DNA of 32,000 bases from Enterobacter bugandensis (lineage in GTDB: Bacteria > Pseudomonadota > Gammaproteobacteria > Enterobacterales > Enterobacteriaceae), in contig CAXYPO010000002.1 in NCBI GenBank assembly GCA_964290475.1, positions 580,146-612,145 of the forward strand, read 5' to 3'. Below the pieces are notes generated by a model that ran no database searches, was not told the origin of the DNA, and was given only the letters and a program-made list of their open reading frames with translations. Shown one piece after another: positions 10,993 to 19,839 of the stretch. Every line of letters starts with the position of its first letter. Position 1 is the stretch's first letter. Both the position numbers and the translations under genes were made by a program.

Positions 10993-12957
10993 ATGCGCCT
11001 GCAATCCCATCATCTTGAACTCTTAAGCCCGGCTCGTGACGCCGCCATTGCCCGTGAAGCTATCCTTCACGGCGCGGATGCGGTCTATATCGGCGGCCCT
11101 GGTTTTGGCGCCCGCCATAATGCCAGCAACAGCCTGCGCGATATCGCCGAACTGGTGCCGTTCGCCCACCGCTACGGGGCGAAGGTGTTTGTCACCCTGA
11201 ACACCATTCTTCATGATGATGAGCTGGAGCCCGCGCAGCGGATGATTACCGACCTGTACCAGACCAGCGTGGACGCGCTGATCGTGCAGGATATGGGGGT
11301 GCTGGAGATGGATATCCCGCCCATCGAACTGCATGCCAGCACCCAGTGCGACATCCGCACCGTCGAAAAAGCCAAATTCCTCTCTGACGCCGGTTTCAGC
11401 CAGATCGTGCTGGCGCGTGAGCTGAACCTGAATCAGATCCGCGATATCCACCAGGCGACGGACGCCACCATCGAATTCTTTATTCACGGTGCCCTGTGCG
11501 TGGCCTATTCCGGCCAGTGTAATATCTCCCACGCCCAGACCGGGCGCAGCGCCAACCGCGGCGACTGCTCTCAGGCCTGTCGTTTGCCCTATACCCTGAA
11601 GGACGATCAGGGACGCGTAGTCGCCTTTGAAAAACACCTCCTGTCGATGAAAGACAACGACCAGACCGCCAACCTGGCGGCGCTGATCGACGCGGGCGTG
11701 CGCTCCTTCAAAATCGAAGGGCGTTACAAAGACATGAGCTACGTGAAGAACATCACCGCCCACTACCGCCAGATGCTGGACGCCATCATTGAGGATCGCA
11801 GCGACCTGGCGCGGGCCTCCTCCGGGCGCACCGAGCACTTCTTTGTGCCTTCGACGGATAAAACCTTCCATCGCGGCAGCACCGACTACTTTGTCAATGC
11901 GCGTAAGGGTGATATTGGTGCCTTTGACTCACCGAAATTCGTTGGCCTGCCGGTGGGCGAAGTGCTGAAGGTGGCAAAAGATCATCTGGACGTCACTGTT
12001 ACCGAGCCGCTGGCCAACGGCGACGGGCTGAACGTGATGATTAAGCGCGAAGTGGTGGGGTTCCGCGCTAATACGGTGGAGAAAACCGGCGAAAACCGTT
12101 ATCGCGTCTGGCCGAACGAGATGCCAGCCGACCTGCATAAAGTGCGCCCGAACACCGCGCTCAACCGCAACCTCGATCACAACTGGCAGCAGGCGCTGCT
12201 GAAAACCTCCAGCGAACGCCGCGTGGCGGTGGATATTGAGCTGGGCGGCTGGGAAGAGCAGCTGATCCTCACCATGACCAGCGAAGAGGGAGTGAGCGTC
12301 ACCCATACGCTGGACGGGATGTTTGAGGTAGCAAACAACGCCGAGAAAGCGCTGAATAGCCTGCGTGACGGGGTGGCAAAACTGGGCCAGACAATCTACT
12401 ACGCCCGCGATATCCAGGTTAACCTGGCGGACGCGCTCTTTGTGCCGAACAGCCTGCTGAACCAGTTCCGCCGTGAAACCGCCGAGATGCTTGATGAAGC
12501 CCGCCTGGCGAACTACCCGCGCGGCAGCCGTAAAGCGGTTTCCGTACCGCCACCGGTCTACCCGGAGACGCACTTAAGCTTCCTGGCGAACGTCTACAAC
12601 CACAAGGCGCGCGCCTTCTACCATCGTTACGGCGTGCAGCTGATCGACGCCGCCTACGAGGCGCATGAAGAGAAGGGCGACGTGCCGGTGATGATCACCA
12701 AACACTGCCTGCGTTTTGCCTTTAATCTCTGCCCGAAACAGGCGAAGGGAAATATCAAGAGCTGGAAAGCGACCCCGATGCAGCTGGTCAACGGCGACGA
12801 GGTGCTGACCCTGAAGTTCGACTGCCGCCCCTGTGAAATGCACGTTATCGGCAAGATGAAGAATCATATCTTCAAAATGCCGCAGCCGGGCAGCGTGGTG
12901 GCCTCTGTCAGCCCGGACGAGCTGATGAAGACCCTGCCGAAACGCAAAGGCGCCTGA
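10993..12957 (+). CDS. rlhA: 23S rRNA 5-hydroxycytidine synthase RlhA (U32 peptidase-like family)
   Basis: 654 aa; AREAILHGADAVYIGGPGFGARHNASNS and the GRSANRGDCSQACRLPY cysteine motif. Synteny with sutR and yncJ. Confidence 0.93.
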   Translation: MRLQSHHLELLSPARDAAIAREAILHGADAVYIGGPGFGARHNASNSLRDIAELVPFAHRYGAKVFVTLNTILHDDELEPAQRMITDLYQTSVDALIVQDMGVLEMDIPPIELHASTQCDIRTVEKAKFLSDAGFSQIVLARELNLNQIRDIHQATDATIEFFIHGALCVAYSGQCNISHAQTGRSANRGDCSQACRLPYTLKDDQGRVVAFEKHLLSMKDNDQTANLAALIDAGVRSFKIEGRYKDMSYVKNITAHYRQMLDAIIEDRSDLARASSGRTEHFFVPSTDKTFHRGSTDYFVNARKGDIGAFDSPKFVGLPVGEVLKVAKDHLDVTVTEPLANGDGLNVMIKREVVGFRANTVEKTGENRYRVWPNEMPADLHKVRPNTALNRNLDHNWQQALLKTSSERRVAVDIELGGWEEQLILTMTSEEGVSVTHTLDGMFEVANNAEKALNSLRDGVAKLGQTIYYARDIQVNLADALFVPNSLLNQFRRETAEMLDEARLANYPRGSRKAVSVPPPVYPETHLSFLANVYNHKARAFYHRYGVQLIDAAYEAHEEKGDVPVMITKHCLRFAFNLCPKQAKGNIKSWKATPMQLVNGDEVLTLKFDCRPCEMHVIGKMKNHIFKMPQPGSVVASVSPDELMKTLPKRKGA

Positions 12958-13188
12958 TTAGCCCAGGTGGCTTGCCGGTTTGCGCGAGTATTGTAAGTAA
13001 TGGTGCTCGCGTAAACCTTCCGCTGACTCTTCAGCCGCGGCGCGCAGCTCGTCGCTGTCCGCTTCATGACGCAGCTGCTGTCCGACGTTCTTCACCCAAA
13101 AAAATTCATGTCCTTTGTGGCCTGCCATCAGCTGACCGGAAAAAAGCGCGCAGGTCAGCATCACTATCGATAACGTTTTTGTAAACAT
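12958..13188 (-). CDS. yncJ: YncJ, small secreted protein
   Basis: 76 aa, signal peptide then AGHKGHEFFWVKNV..QLRHEADSDELRAAAEESAEGLREH, matching recalled YncJ. Confidence 0.9.
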   Translation of the reverse strand: MFTKTLSIVMLTCALFSGQLMAGHKGHEFFWVKNVGQQLRHEADSDELRAAAEESAEGLREHHYLQYSRKPASHLG

Positions 13189-13377
13189 TCTGCCACCACC
13201 CGGTTACGTTGAGCGGCTATCATGCCGATAGTTTAGTTGGGTTATTATTCGACTTTTAAAGACGCGAAAAGGTTTTGTCAGATTTTGTCGGAGCGAACCG
13301 CTTTTTTTGGGGGGAGGAAGTTCTCATGATTTTCTTATTGTTAAAGCAAAGAGATAGCTCAAGGGGATAAATAACTT

Positions 13378-13700
13378 ACAGCGGCGCCCTGGTCCGGCTG
13401 AAAATCGCCGAAGCGTTTCCTGTAGGCCGGGGCGAGGCGCAGGGACGCGCCGAGAGGGCATAGCCTGCATGGATGCAGGCTGGTGCCCGACCCGAAAGCC
13501 GGAAGGAATAAGCTGAGGGTACCGCGCAGCGGCGATTTTCCTGGCCGGGAGCCGGGGTTGCCAGGGGGGAGGCGGCGAGCCCCCCTGGCACGTTCACCGG
13601 TTCAGGCGTAGCAGAGAAGCAAGGAACGTGAGGTGAACGGAACCACCTCCGGTGCCGCATGTTCCCCCTCACCCCAACCCTCTCCCTCAAGGGAGAGGGG
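13378..13700. repeat. Candidate dispersed structured intergenic element (several inverted repeats)
   Basis: Dense perfect stems in a non-coding stretch: AGCCTGCAT-gg-ATGCAGGCT, GCCAGGGGGG...CCCCCCTGGC, CGTTCACC...GGTGAACG, CCCTCTCCC-tcaa-GGGAGAGGG. The reverse translation yields the PLRERVGVRG pattern typical of a recurrent non-coding repeat. Confidence 0.6.
13678..13699 (-). terminator. Hairpin downstream of the cio operon
   Basis: CCCTCTCCC-tcaa-GGGAGAGGG 9-bp perfect stem just beyond the last minus-strand operon gene. There is no clear T-run. Confidence 0.4.
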
Positions 13701-13710
13701 GCCAAACACC

Positions 13711-13839
13711 TTAGTGCGCCTTAAACCCCGCCGCCGTCATCAACAGGCGGAAGAACATCCCCACCAGCGCCAGCGCCAGCACGCTGCCTCCCCAGATGAT
13801 GACCATCCACAGCAGGCGTTTCCATACAGGTTGTTGCAT
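13711..13839 (-). CDS. DUF2474/CydX-like small membrane subunit of cytochrome bd oxidase
   Basis: 42 aa (MQQPVWKRLLWMVIIWGGSVLALALVGMFFRLLMTAAGFKAH). The start overlaps the upstream oxidase subunit stop as TGATG. The listed 89-aa ORF over-extends into subunit II. Confidence 0.85.
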   Translation of the reverse strand: MQQPVWKRLLWMVIIWGGSVLALALVGMFFRLLMTAAGFKAH

Positions 13840-14849
13840 CAGTGATAGCCCTCCCCAGGCTGAACTTTGCCGCGAAAAACGTAATAGCTCCAGAAAGTGT
13901 AGACAAGAATGATGGGGATAATCAGTAGCGCCCCCACCAGCATAAAGCCCTGGCTCTGGGGCGGGGCGGCGGCCTGCCACAGGGTAATGGAGGGCGGAAT
14001 TAGATGCGGCCAGATGCTGATCCCAAGCCCGGAAAAGCCGAGAAACACCAGCCCCAGGGTCAGGATGAAGGGCAGATTATGGTGGTGCGGGTTATTCAGG
14101 CTGCGCCATTGCCACAGGCCCAACAACGCCACCAGTACCGGAACCGGCAGCAGGAAGAAGAGGTTCGGCAGGCTAAACCAGCGGGCGGCGATGGCCTTGT
14201 GCGCCAGCGGGGTCCAGATGCTGATGATAATAATCACCGCCAGCAGCGCCAGCAGCAGGCGTTTCGCCAGCTGACGCATCCGCTCCTGCAGCGGGTTTTC
14301 GCTCTTCATCACCAGCCAGCTGGCGCCCAGCAGGGCATAGGCGATCACCAGCCCCAGGCCGCAGAAGAGGGTGAAAGGGATAAACCAGTCGAAGGGGCCG
14401 CCGCTGTAAGCGCGGCCGGTCACGGCAAAACCGTTAATCACCGCCCCGACCACCATGCCCTGGGTAAAGGTGGCGAGCAGCGAGCCGCCCACAAAGGCCT
14501 TATCCCAGAACGGACGGTGCGCCGGGGTGGCTTTAAAGCGAAACTCAAAGGCCACGCCGCGAAAAATCAGGCCGATTAGCATCAGCGTCAGCGGGATGGT
14601 CAGCGCATCGATTATTACCGCGTAGGCCAGCGGAAAAGCACCAAACAGCGCCGCGCCGCCGAGCACCAGCCAGGTTTCATTCCCGTCCCACACCGGGGCA
14701 ACGCTGTTCACCATCACGTCGCGATCCTGCGGGTCACGCACGGCCGGAAAGAGAATGCCAATACCGAGATCAAAACCGTCCATCACGATATACATCAGGG
14801 TGGCAAAGACGATAATCACAAACCAGATCAGGGAGAGATCGATACCCAT
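13839..14849 (-). CDS. cioB: Cytochrome bd-type ubiquinol oxidase subunit II (cyanide-insensitive type)
   Basis: 336 aa, MGIDLSLIWFVIIVFATLMYIVMDGFDLGIGILFP, the CydB family hallmark. TAATG overlap with subunit I. Confidence 0.88.
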   Translation of the reverse strand: MGIDLSLIWFVIIVFATLMYIVMDGFDLGIGILFPAVRDPQDRDVMVNSVAPVWDGNETWLVLGGAALFGAFPLAYAVIIDALTIPLTLMLIGLIFRGVAFEFRFKATPAHRPFWDKAFVGGSLLATFTQGMVVGAVINGFAVTGRAYSGGPFDWFIPFTLFCGLGLVIAYALLGASWLVMKSENPLQERMRQLAKRLLLALLAVIIIISIWTPLAHKAIAARWFSLPNLFFLLPVPVLVALLGLWQWRSLNNPHHHNLPFILTLGLVFLGFSGLGISIWPHLIPPSITLWQAAAPPQSQGFMLVGALLIIPIILVYTFWSYYVFRGKVQPGEGYH

Positions 14850-16255
14850 TATGGCGTCTCCTTGCTTGCAAATTCAGTATCCGCCGCCGAGAGGGGACGG
14901 GCCGGGCGACCGTCGGTCTCATCGGGGAAGCTTTCATCCTCCTGCGGCCCGGTTTTAATCAGGCGCACCATGTAGCTGTAACCCACGCCAAAGACCGAGG
15001 TATAGACCAGGATAAAGCCCAGCAGGCTGACGCTCATATGCAGGTCACCATGGGCGGAGACCGCCTCGCTGGTGCGTTGTAAGCCATATACCACCCACGG
15101 CTGACGCCCCACTTCGGTGGTTACCCAGCCCGCCAGAATGGCGATCAGTCCCGCAGGCCCCATCAGTAGCGCAAACCACAAAAAAGGCCGCGAGCTGTAG
15201 AGCCGCTGCCGGTAGCGCAGCCACACGGCCACGACGCCCAGCAGCAGCATCAGCATGCCCAGCCCGGCCATAATGCGAAACGACCAGAACACGATGGTGG
15301 AGTTAGGCCGATCCGCTTTTGGGAATTCCTTCAGAGCCGGGACCTGTTTATCCAGGCTATGGGTGAGGATCAGGCTACCCAGCGCCGGGATCTCCAGCCC
15401 GTATTTTGTGCGCTCCGCCTCCATATCCGGCAGGCCGAACAGCAGCAGCGGGGTGGGCTCGCCCGGCGGGTTTTCCCAGTGCCCTTCGATGGCGGCGATT
15501 TTCGCCGGCTGGTGCTCCAGCGTATTAAGCCCGTGCATATCGCCCACCATCGCCTGGATGGGGGCGACAATAAGCGTCATCCACAGCGCCATGGAGAACA
15601 TCCTGCGGATTGCCTGCGTGCTGTTGCCACGCAGCAGATGCCAGGCCGCCGAGGCGCCGACAAACAGCGCGCTGCTTAAAAACGCGGCAATGGACATATG
15701 CAGCAGGCGGTAGGGGAAGGAGGGGTTAAATACCACCGCGAACCAGTCTACCGGCACCACCACGCCGTTGACGATCTCATAGCCCTGCGGCGTCTGCATC
15801 CAGCTGTTGGAGGCGAGGATCCAGAAGGTCGACATTAGCGTGCCCAACGCCACCATGCAGGTGGCAAAAAAGTGCAGGCCGGGCCCGACCTTCTTCCAGC
15901 CAAACAGCATCACCCCCAGGAACCCGGCTTCGAGAAAGAAGGCGGTGAGTACCTCGTAGGTCAGCAGCGGGCCGGTAATGCTGCCGGCGAACTGCGAGAA
16001 CCCACTCCAGTTGGTGCCAAACTGGTAGGCCATCACCAGGCCGGAGACCACTCCCATCCCAAAGTTGACGGCGAAAATTTTCGACCAGAAATGGTACAGC
16101 GAACGCCAGACCGGGTTTCTGGTTTTTAACCATAACCCTTCCAGTACCGCCAGATAGCTGGCGAGGCCGATGGTGATCGCCGGGAAAATAATGTGGAAGG
16201 AGACCGTAAACGCAAACTGGATCCTTGCCAGGTGAAACGCATCAAAACCAAACAT
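14849..16255 (-). CDS. cioA: Cytochrome bd-type ubiquinol oxidase subunit I, CioA-like
   Basis: ORF 14849..16306; probable start MFGFDAFHLARIQFAFTVSFHIIFPAITIGLASYLAVLEGLWLKT at 16255. The sequence from MVGDMHGLNTLEHQPAKIAAIEGHWE onward matches recalled CioA with a short Q-loop. Confidence 0.88.
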   Translation of the reverse strand: MFGFDAFHLARIQFAFTVSFHIIFPAITIGLASYLAVLEGLWLKTRNPVWRSLYHFWSKIFAVNFGMGVVSGLVMAYQFGTNWSGFSQFAGSITGPLLTYEVLTAFFLEAGFLGVMLFGWKKVGPGLHFFATCMVALGTLMSTFWILASNSWMQTPQGYEIVNGVVVPVDWFAVVFNPSFPYRLLHMSIAAFLSSALFVGASAAWHLLRGNSTQAIRRMFSMALWMTLIVAPIQAMVGDMHGLNTLEHQPAKIAAIEGHWENPPGEPTPLLLFGLPDMEAERTKYGLEIPALGSLILTHSLDKQVPALKEFPKADRPNSTIVFWSFRIMAGLGMLMLLLGVVAVWLRYRQRLYSSRPFLWFALLMGPAGLIAILAGWVTTEVGRQPWVVYGLQRTSEAVSAHGDLHMSVSLLGFILVYTSVFGVGYSYMVRLIKTGPQEDESFPDETDGRPARPLSAADTEFASKETP

Positions 16256-16440
16256 GCACAACCTCAAAGTCAATCGTTGTGGCAACAGGTTACCGATGGC
16301 GGGCAAGGAGTATCAGAGACAGAAATGGGGAATTTAGGTATAACAGTTGTTTGAAAGTTTGGTGGTTTAGAGTGCTGTTATGGTTGAGATGAACGCCCCG
16401 CATGCAATAAAACACCCGGGGCACTCTTAACGCTATGTGC

Positions 16441-17466
16441 TTAGTCCCGCCAGCCCATCGCTGGCGCAACGTGTTTCAGAATGGACTCGATCACGTGCAC
16501 GTTATAGTCCACGCCCAGCTGATTCGGTACGGTCAGCAACAGGGTATCCGCTTCGGCAATGGCTTCGTCCTGCTTCAGCTGATCGATAAGCTTATCGGGC
16601 TCGGCGGCGTAGCTGCGTCCGAAGATGGCGCGGGTCTTCTCATCCAGATAGCCGACGCTGTCGCTCTCGTTACGGCTGGAGCCGAAGTACATCCGGTCCT
16701 GCTCGTTCATCAGGGCAAAGATGCTGCGGCTTACCGAGACGCGCGGCGTGCGGGTGTGTCCGGCCACGGCCCAGGCGTCGCGGTAGGCGCGGATCTGTTT
16801 CGCCTGCTGAATGTGGAAGGGCTCGCCGGTTTCATCATCCTTCAGGGTTGAGCTTTGCAGGTTCATCCCTAGCTTTGCCGCCCATACCGCGGTGGCGTTG
16901 GAGCCCGCCCCCCACCAGATACGATCGCGAAGCCCTTCGGAATGCGGCTCCAGGCGCAGCATACCCGGCGGGTTAGGGAACATCGGCTGCGGGTTGGGTT
17001 TGGCGAAACCTTCCCCGCGCAGTACGTCGAGCAGGACTTCGGTGTGGCGTCGCGCCATATCCGACTCGTTTTCGCCTTCCGCCGGGACGTAGCCAAAATA
17101 GCGCCAGCCGTCGATTACCTGCTCCGGGGAGCCGCGGCTGATACCGAGCTGCAAACGGCCGCCGGAGATCAAATCCGCCGAGCCGGCGTCTTCGGCCATA
17201 TAGAGCGGGTTCTCGTAGCGCATATCGATAACCCCGGTGCCAATCTCAATCCGGCGAGTTTTTGCGCCAACGGCGGCCAGCAGCGGGAAGGGGGAGGCGA
17301 GCTGGCGGGCAAAGTGGTGGACCCTAAAATAAGCGCCGTCCGCGCCAAGCTCTTCGGCGGCAACGGCCAGATCGATGGATTGCAGCAGGGCATCGGCGGC
17401 GCTGCGGGTGCCGGACTGCGGCGACGGCGTCCAGTGACCAAAGGACAAAAATCCAATCTTTTTCAT
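16441..17466 (-). CDS. LLM-class (luciferase-like) flavin-dependent oxidoreductase
   Basis: 341 aa; LAVAAEELGADGAYFRVHHFARQLASPFPLLAAVGAKTRRIEIGTGVIDMRYENPLYMAEDAG..DLISGGRLQLGISRGSPE. Confidence 0.88.
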   Translation of the reverse strand: MKKIGFLSFGHWTPSPQSGTRSAADALLQSIDLAVAAEELGADGAYFRVHHFARQLASPFPLLAAVGAKTRRIEIGTGVIDMRYENPLYMAEDAGSADLISGGRLQLGISRGSPEQVIDGWRYFGYVPAEGENESDMARRHTEVLLDVLRGEGFAKPNPQPMFPNPPGMLRLEPHSEGLRDRIWWGAGSNATAVWAAKLGMNLQSSTLKDDETGEPFHIQQAKQIRAYRDAWAVAGHTRTPRVSVSRSIFALMNEQDRMYFGSSRNESDSVGYLDEKTRAIFGRSYAAEPDKLIDQLKQDEAIAEADTLLLTVPNQLGVDYNVHVIESILKHVAPAMGWRD

Positions 17467-17586
17467 AACGGGTTATCCTGTTTGAAGAGGGTAAGCAGCC
17501 TGAGCTGTCTGGCATTACCTCTACTTTACGCATCGGGCGGTGAGAATAAATGCCCTTTATTTCACTAAATAATTCAAAAAAATTGA

Positions 17587-17628
17587 AGTAATGGACTACG
17601 CTTTATATAGCGTAGAAAAAATTACTTA
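17587..17628. promoter_or_regulatory. Nested inverted repeat upstream of the LLM oxidoreductase gene
   Basis: AAGTAAT-gga-CTACGCT-ttatat-AGCGTAG-aaaaa-ATTACTT; both 7-nt arms are perfect. Confidence 0.5.
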
Positions 17629-17849
17629 AAGAAATAGCTTGCAAGCTTCCAGCAGAGATGCGTTAATGGCCCTTCGGTTTGAAATCCAAAAAAATATCGC
17701 AGCAGTATTTAAAGCATCTCTCATCACGTTGTGCCTCTCCGCAGCCTCTCCTGGGTTTTTTCTTTTACGCTCTGATTACGTTTTGTCTCAGACCACTATT
17801 GCCTTAAAGGCCCAATTGTTAATGGCGTTTTTACGCCCTGGAGATTTAC

Positions 17850-18035
17850 ATGACTAACATTCATTTCCGCTGCCCGTGCTGCCACGGTTCGCAATACCGC
17901 ACTTCTATGTTCGACGTGTCAGAGCGCAACCCGCTCGGTGCCAAATGCATCTTTTGCAAATCACCGATGATGACCTTCGATCATATTGCCGCTTCGCAAC
18001 ACGCCCAGCGCGTACCTTTCGAAGCCCGCAAATAA
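17850..18035 (+). CDS. YnfU-like small zinc-ribbon protein
   Basis: 61 aa with CPCC...CIFCK: MTNIHFRCPCCHGSQYRTSMFDVSERNPLGAKCIFCKSPMMTFDHIAASQ. Resembles the YnfU family from memory. Confidence 0.7.
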   Translation: MTNIHFRCPCCHGSQYRTSMFDVSERNPLGAKCIFCKSPMMTFDHIAASQHAQRVPFEARK

Positions 18036-18143
18036 TAACGGGGCGCGCTGTCACGCCCCTGTTCCGCTCCCCGTTCCTATAACAGTTTTATAATTCTTCC
18101 CTTTTTCTCCTGCTGATATACTCTGTGCTATCGCAAGGAGAAA

Positions 18144-19562
18144 GTGATGAAAAAATACCAGCGCCTGGCGCAGCAAATCATTTCGCAGATTGAACTTGGC
18201 GTCTGGCAACCCGGCGACAAGCTTCCTTCGCTGCGCGAGCAGGTGGTGAGCAGCGGCATGAGTTTTATGACCGTCGGCCACGCCTACCAGATGCTGGAAA
18301 GCCAGGGGCGCATAGTTGCCCGACCTCAGTCTGGCTATTACGTCGCCGCCCGTCCCACTGGCCAGCAGCCCGCACCGCCTGCTCAGGTAATGCGCGATGA
18401 GGCGGTGGACATCAACACCTACATTTTCGACGTGCTACAGGCCAGCCGCGACGCCTCCGTGGTGCCCTTTGCCTCAGCCTTTCCCGACCCGCGCCTGTTC
18501 CCGCTTCAGCAACTCAACCGCTCGCTGGCTAACGTCAGTAAAACCGCCACCGCCATGAGCGTGATTGAAAACCTGCCACCGGGTAACAGCGATCTGCGCC
18601 ACGCCATCGCCCGCCGCTATGCCCAGCAAGGGATGACCATCTCCCCGGACGAAATCGTGATCACCGCCGGGGCGCTGGAGGCGCTCAACCTGAGTCTGCA
18701 GGCGGTCACCGAGCCGGGCGACTGGGTGATTGTCGAAAATCCCTGTTTTTATGGCGCGCTGCAGGCCCTGGAGCGCCTGAAGCTGAAAGCCCTGTCGGTG
18801 GCCACCGACGTACGCGACGGCATCGATCTGCAGGCGCTGGAGCAGGCGCTGGAAGAGTACCCGGTAAAAGCCTGCTGGCTGATGACCAACGGCCAGAACC
18901 CGCTGGGCTTTACCCTCAACCCGGCCAAAAAAGCGCAGCTGGTGGCGCTGCTGGCCCGTTACAACGTCACGCTTATCGAGGATGACGTCTATAGCGAGCT
19001 CTATTACGGCCGGGAAAAACCGCTCCCGGCGAAGGCCTGGGATCGCGGCGACATGACCCTGCACTGCTCCTCCTTTTCAAAATGCCTGGTCGCCGGATTT
19101 CGTATTGGCTGGGTGGCCGCGGGGAAACATGCCCGGCGCATCCAGCAGCTACAGCTGATGAGCACTCTTTCAACCAGCTCCCCCATGCAGCTGGCGCTGG
19201 TGGACTACCTGGCGACCAAACGCTACGACGCCCACCTGCGGCGCCTGCGCCGCACCCTGGCCGAGCGCAAACAGCAGGCCTGGCAGTCGCTGCTGCGCCA
19301 TCTCCCTGCGGAGGTCAAAATCCACCACAGCGACAGCGGCTATTTTCTGTGGCTTGAACTGCCCGCCGGGCTGAATGCGGGTCGGCTCAGCGAGCAGGCG
19401 CTGCGCCACCACATCAGCATTGCCCCCGGCAAGATGTTCTCTACCTCCGACGCCTGGACCCCCTTTTTCCGCTTTAATACCGCCTGGGCCTGGGGCGAGC
19501 GGGAAGAGCAGGCGGTAATGACGCTTGGCACGCTCATTCGTGAAATGATGACCCGGCCGTAG
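18144..19562 (+). CDS. ydcR: MocR/GntR-family PLP-dependent transcriptional regulator YdcR
   Basis: 472 aa; N-terminal GntR wHTH (QIELGVWQPGDKLPSLREQVVSSGMSFMTVGHAYQMLESQGRIVARPQSGYYV) and an aminotransferase domain (SSFSKCLVAGFRIGWV). Directly upstream of ydcS. Confidence 0.93.
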   Translation: MMKKYQRLAQQIISQIELGVWQPGDKLPSLREQVVSSGMSFMTVGHAYQMLESQGRIVARPQSGYYVAARPTGQQPAPPAQVMRDEAVDINTYIFDVLQASRDASVVPFASAFPDPRLFPLQQLNRSLANVSKTATAMSVIENLPPGNSDLRHAIARRYAQQGMTISPDEIVITAGALEALNLSLQAVTEPGDWVIVENPCFYGALQALERLKLKALSVATDVRDGIDLQALEQALEEYPVKACWLMTNGQNPLGFTLNPAKKAQLVALLARYNVTLIEDDVYSELYYGREKPLPAKAWDRGDMTLHCSSFSKCLVAGFRIGWVAAGKHARRIQQLQLMSTLSTSSPMQLALVDYLATKRYDAHLRRLRRTLAERKQQAWQSLLRHLPAEVKIHHSDSGYFLWLELPAGLNAGRLSEQALRHHISIAPGKMFSTSDAWTPFFRFNTAWAWGEREEQAVMTLGTLIREMMTRP

Positions 19563-19839
19563 CCCGCTCTTTTCCTGCGTTTTACTCCTGCTGACAATAA
19601 CGATCCCTTATCGCTTTCCCGGCCTTTGGGAAGCGGCGTCATAGGAAATCTGCATAGCGCCGTTGCGTGCTAACCCCTTGTCTATAATCCAGTTAACGGG
19701 GAATGCGTCCTCTGTCACAACCTGATGAAATTTATACGGCGTGCCGGGTGCGCCGCAGGGGCGCGGTCTACGTTTAGTACAGGAGATATTTTTAACGGCA
19801 TGGCCGCCGCCGAATCTCATTGCGACAGGAGTAAAACGT

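Noticed and set aside
11023-12573. Long minus ORFs of 282 and 214 aa (11023..11871, 11929..12573)
   Set aside because: They lie antisense inside rlhA, as expected from GC-rich codon bias in the opposite frame, with no recognisable domain.
13376-13705. 109-aa minus ORF MAPSPLRERVGVRGNMRHRRWF...
   Set aside because: It is a translation of the GC-rich hairpin element. The SPLRERVGVRG string is a familiar artefact of a recurrent intergenic repeat, and there is no coding signature.
17639-17857. 72-aa plus ORF MQASSRDALMALRFEIQKN...
   Set aside because: Overlaps the start of the better-supported YnfU-like gene, has no clear SD and no recognisable family. It could be a leader, but I cannot support it as a protein.
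18474-19064. 196-aa minus ORF in ydcR
   Set aside because: Complement-frame artefact of the ydcR coding sequence.
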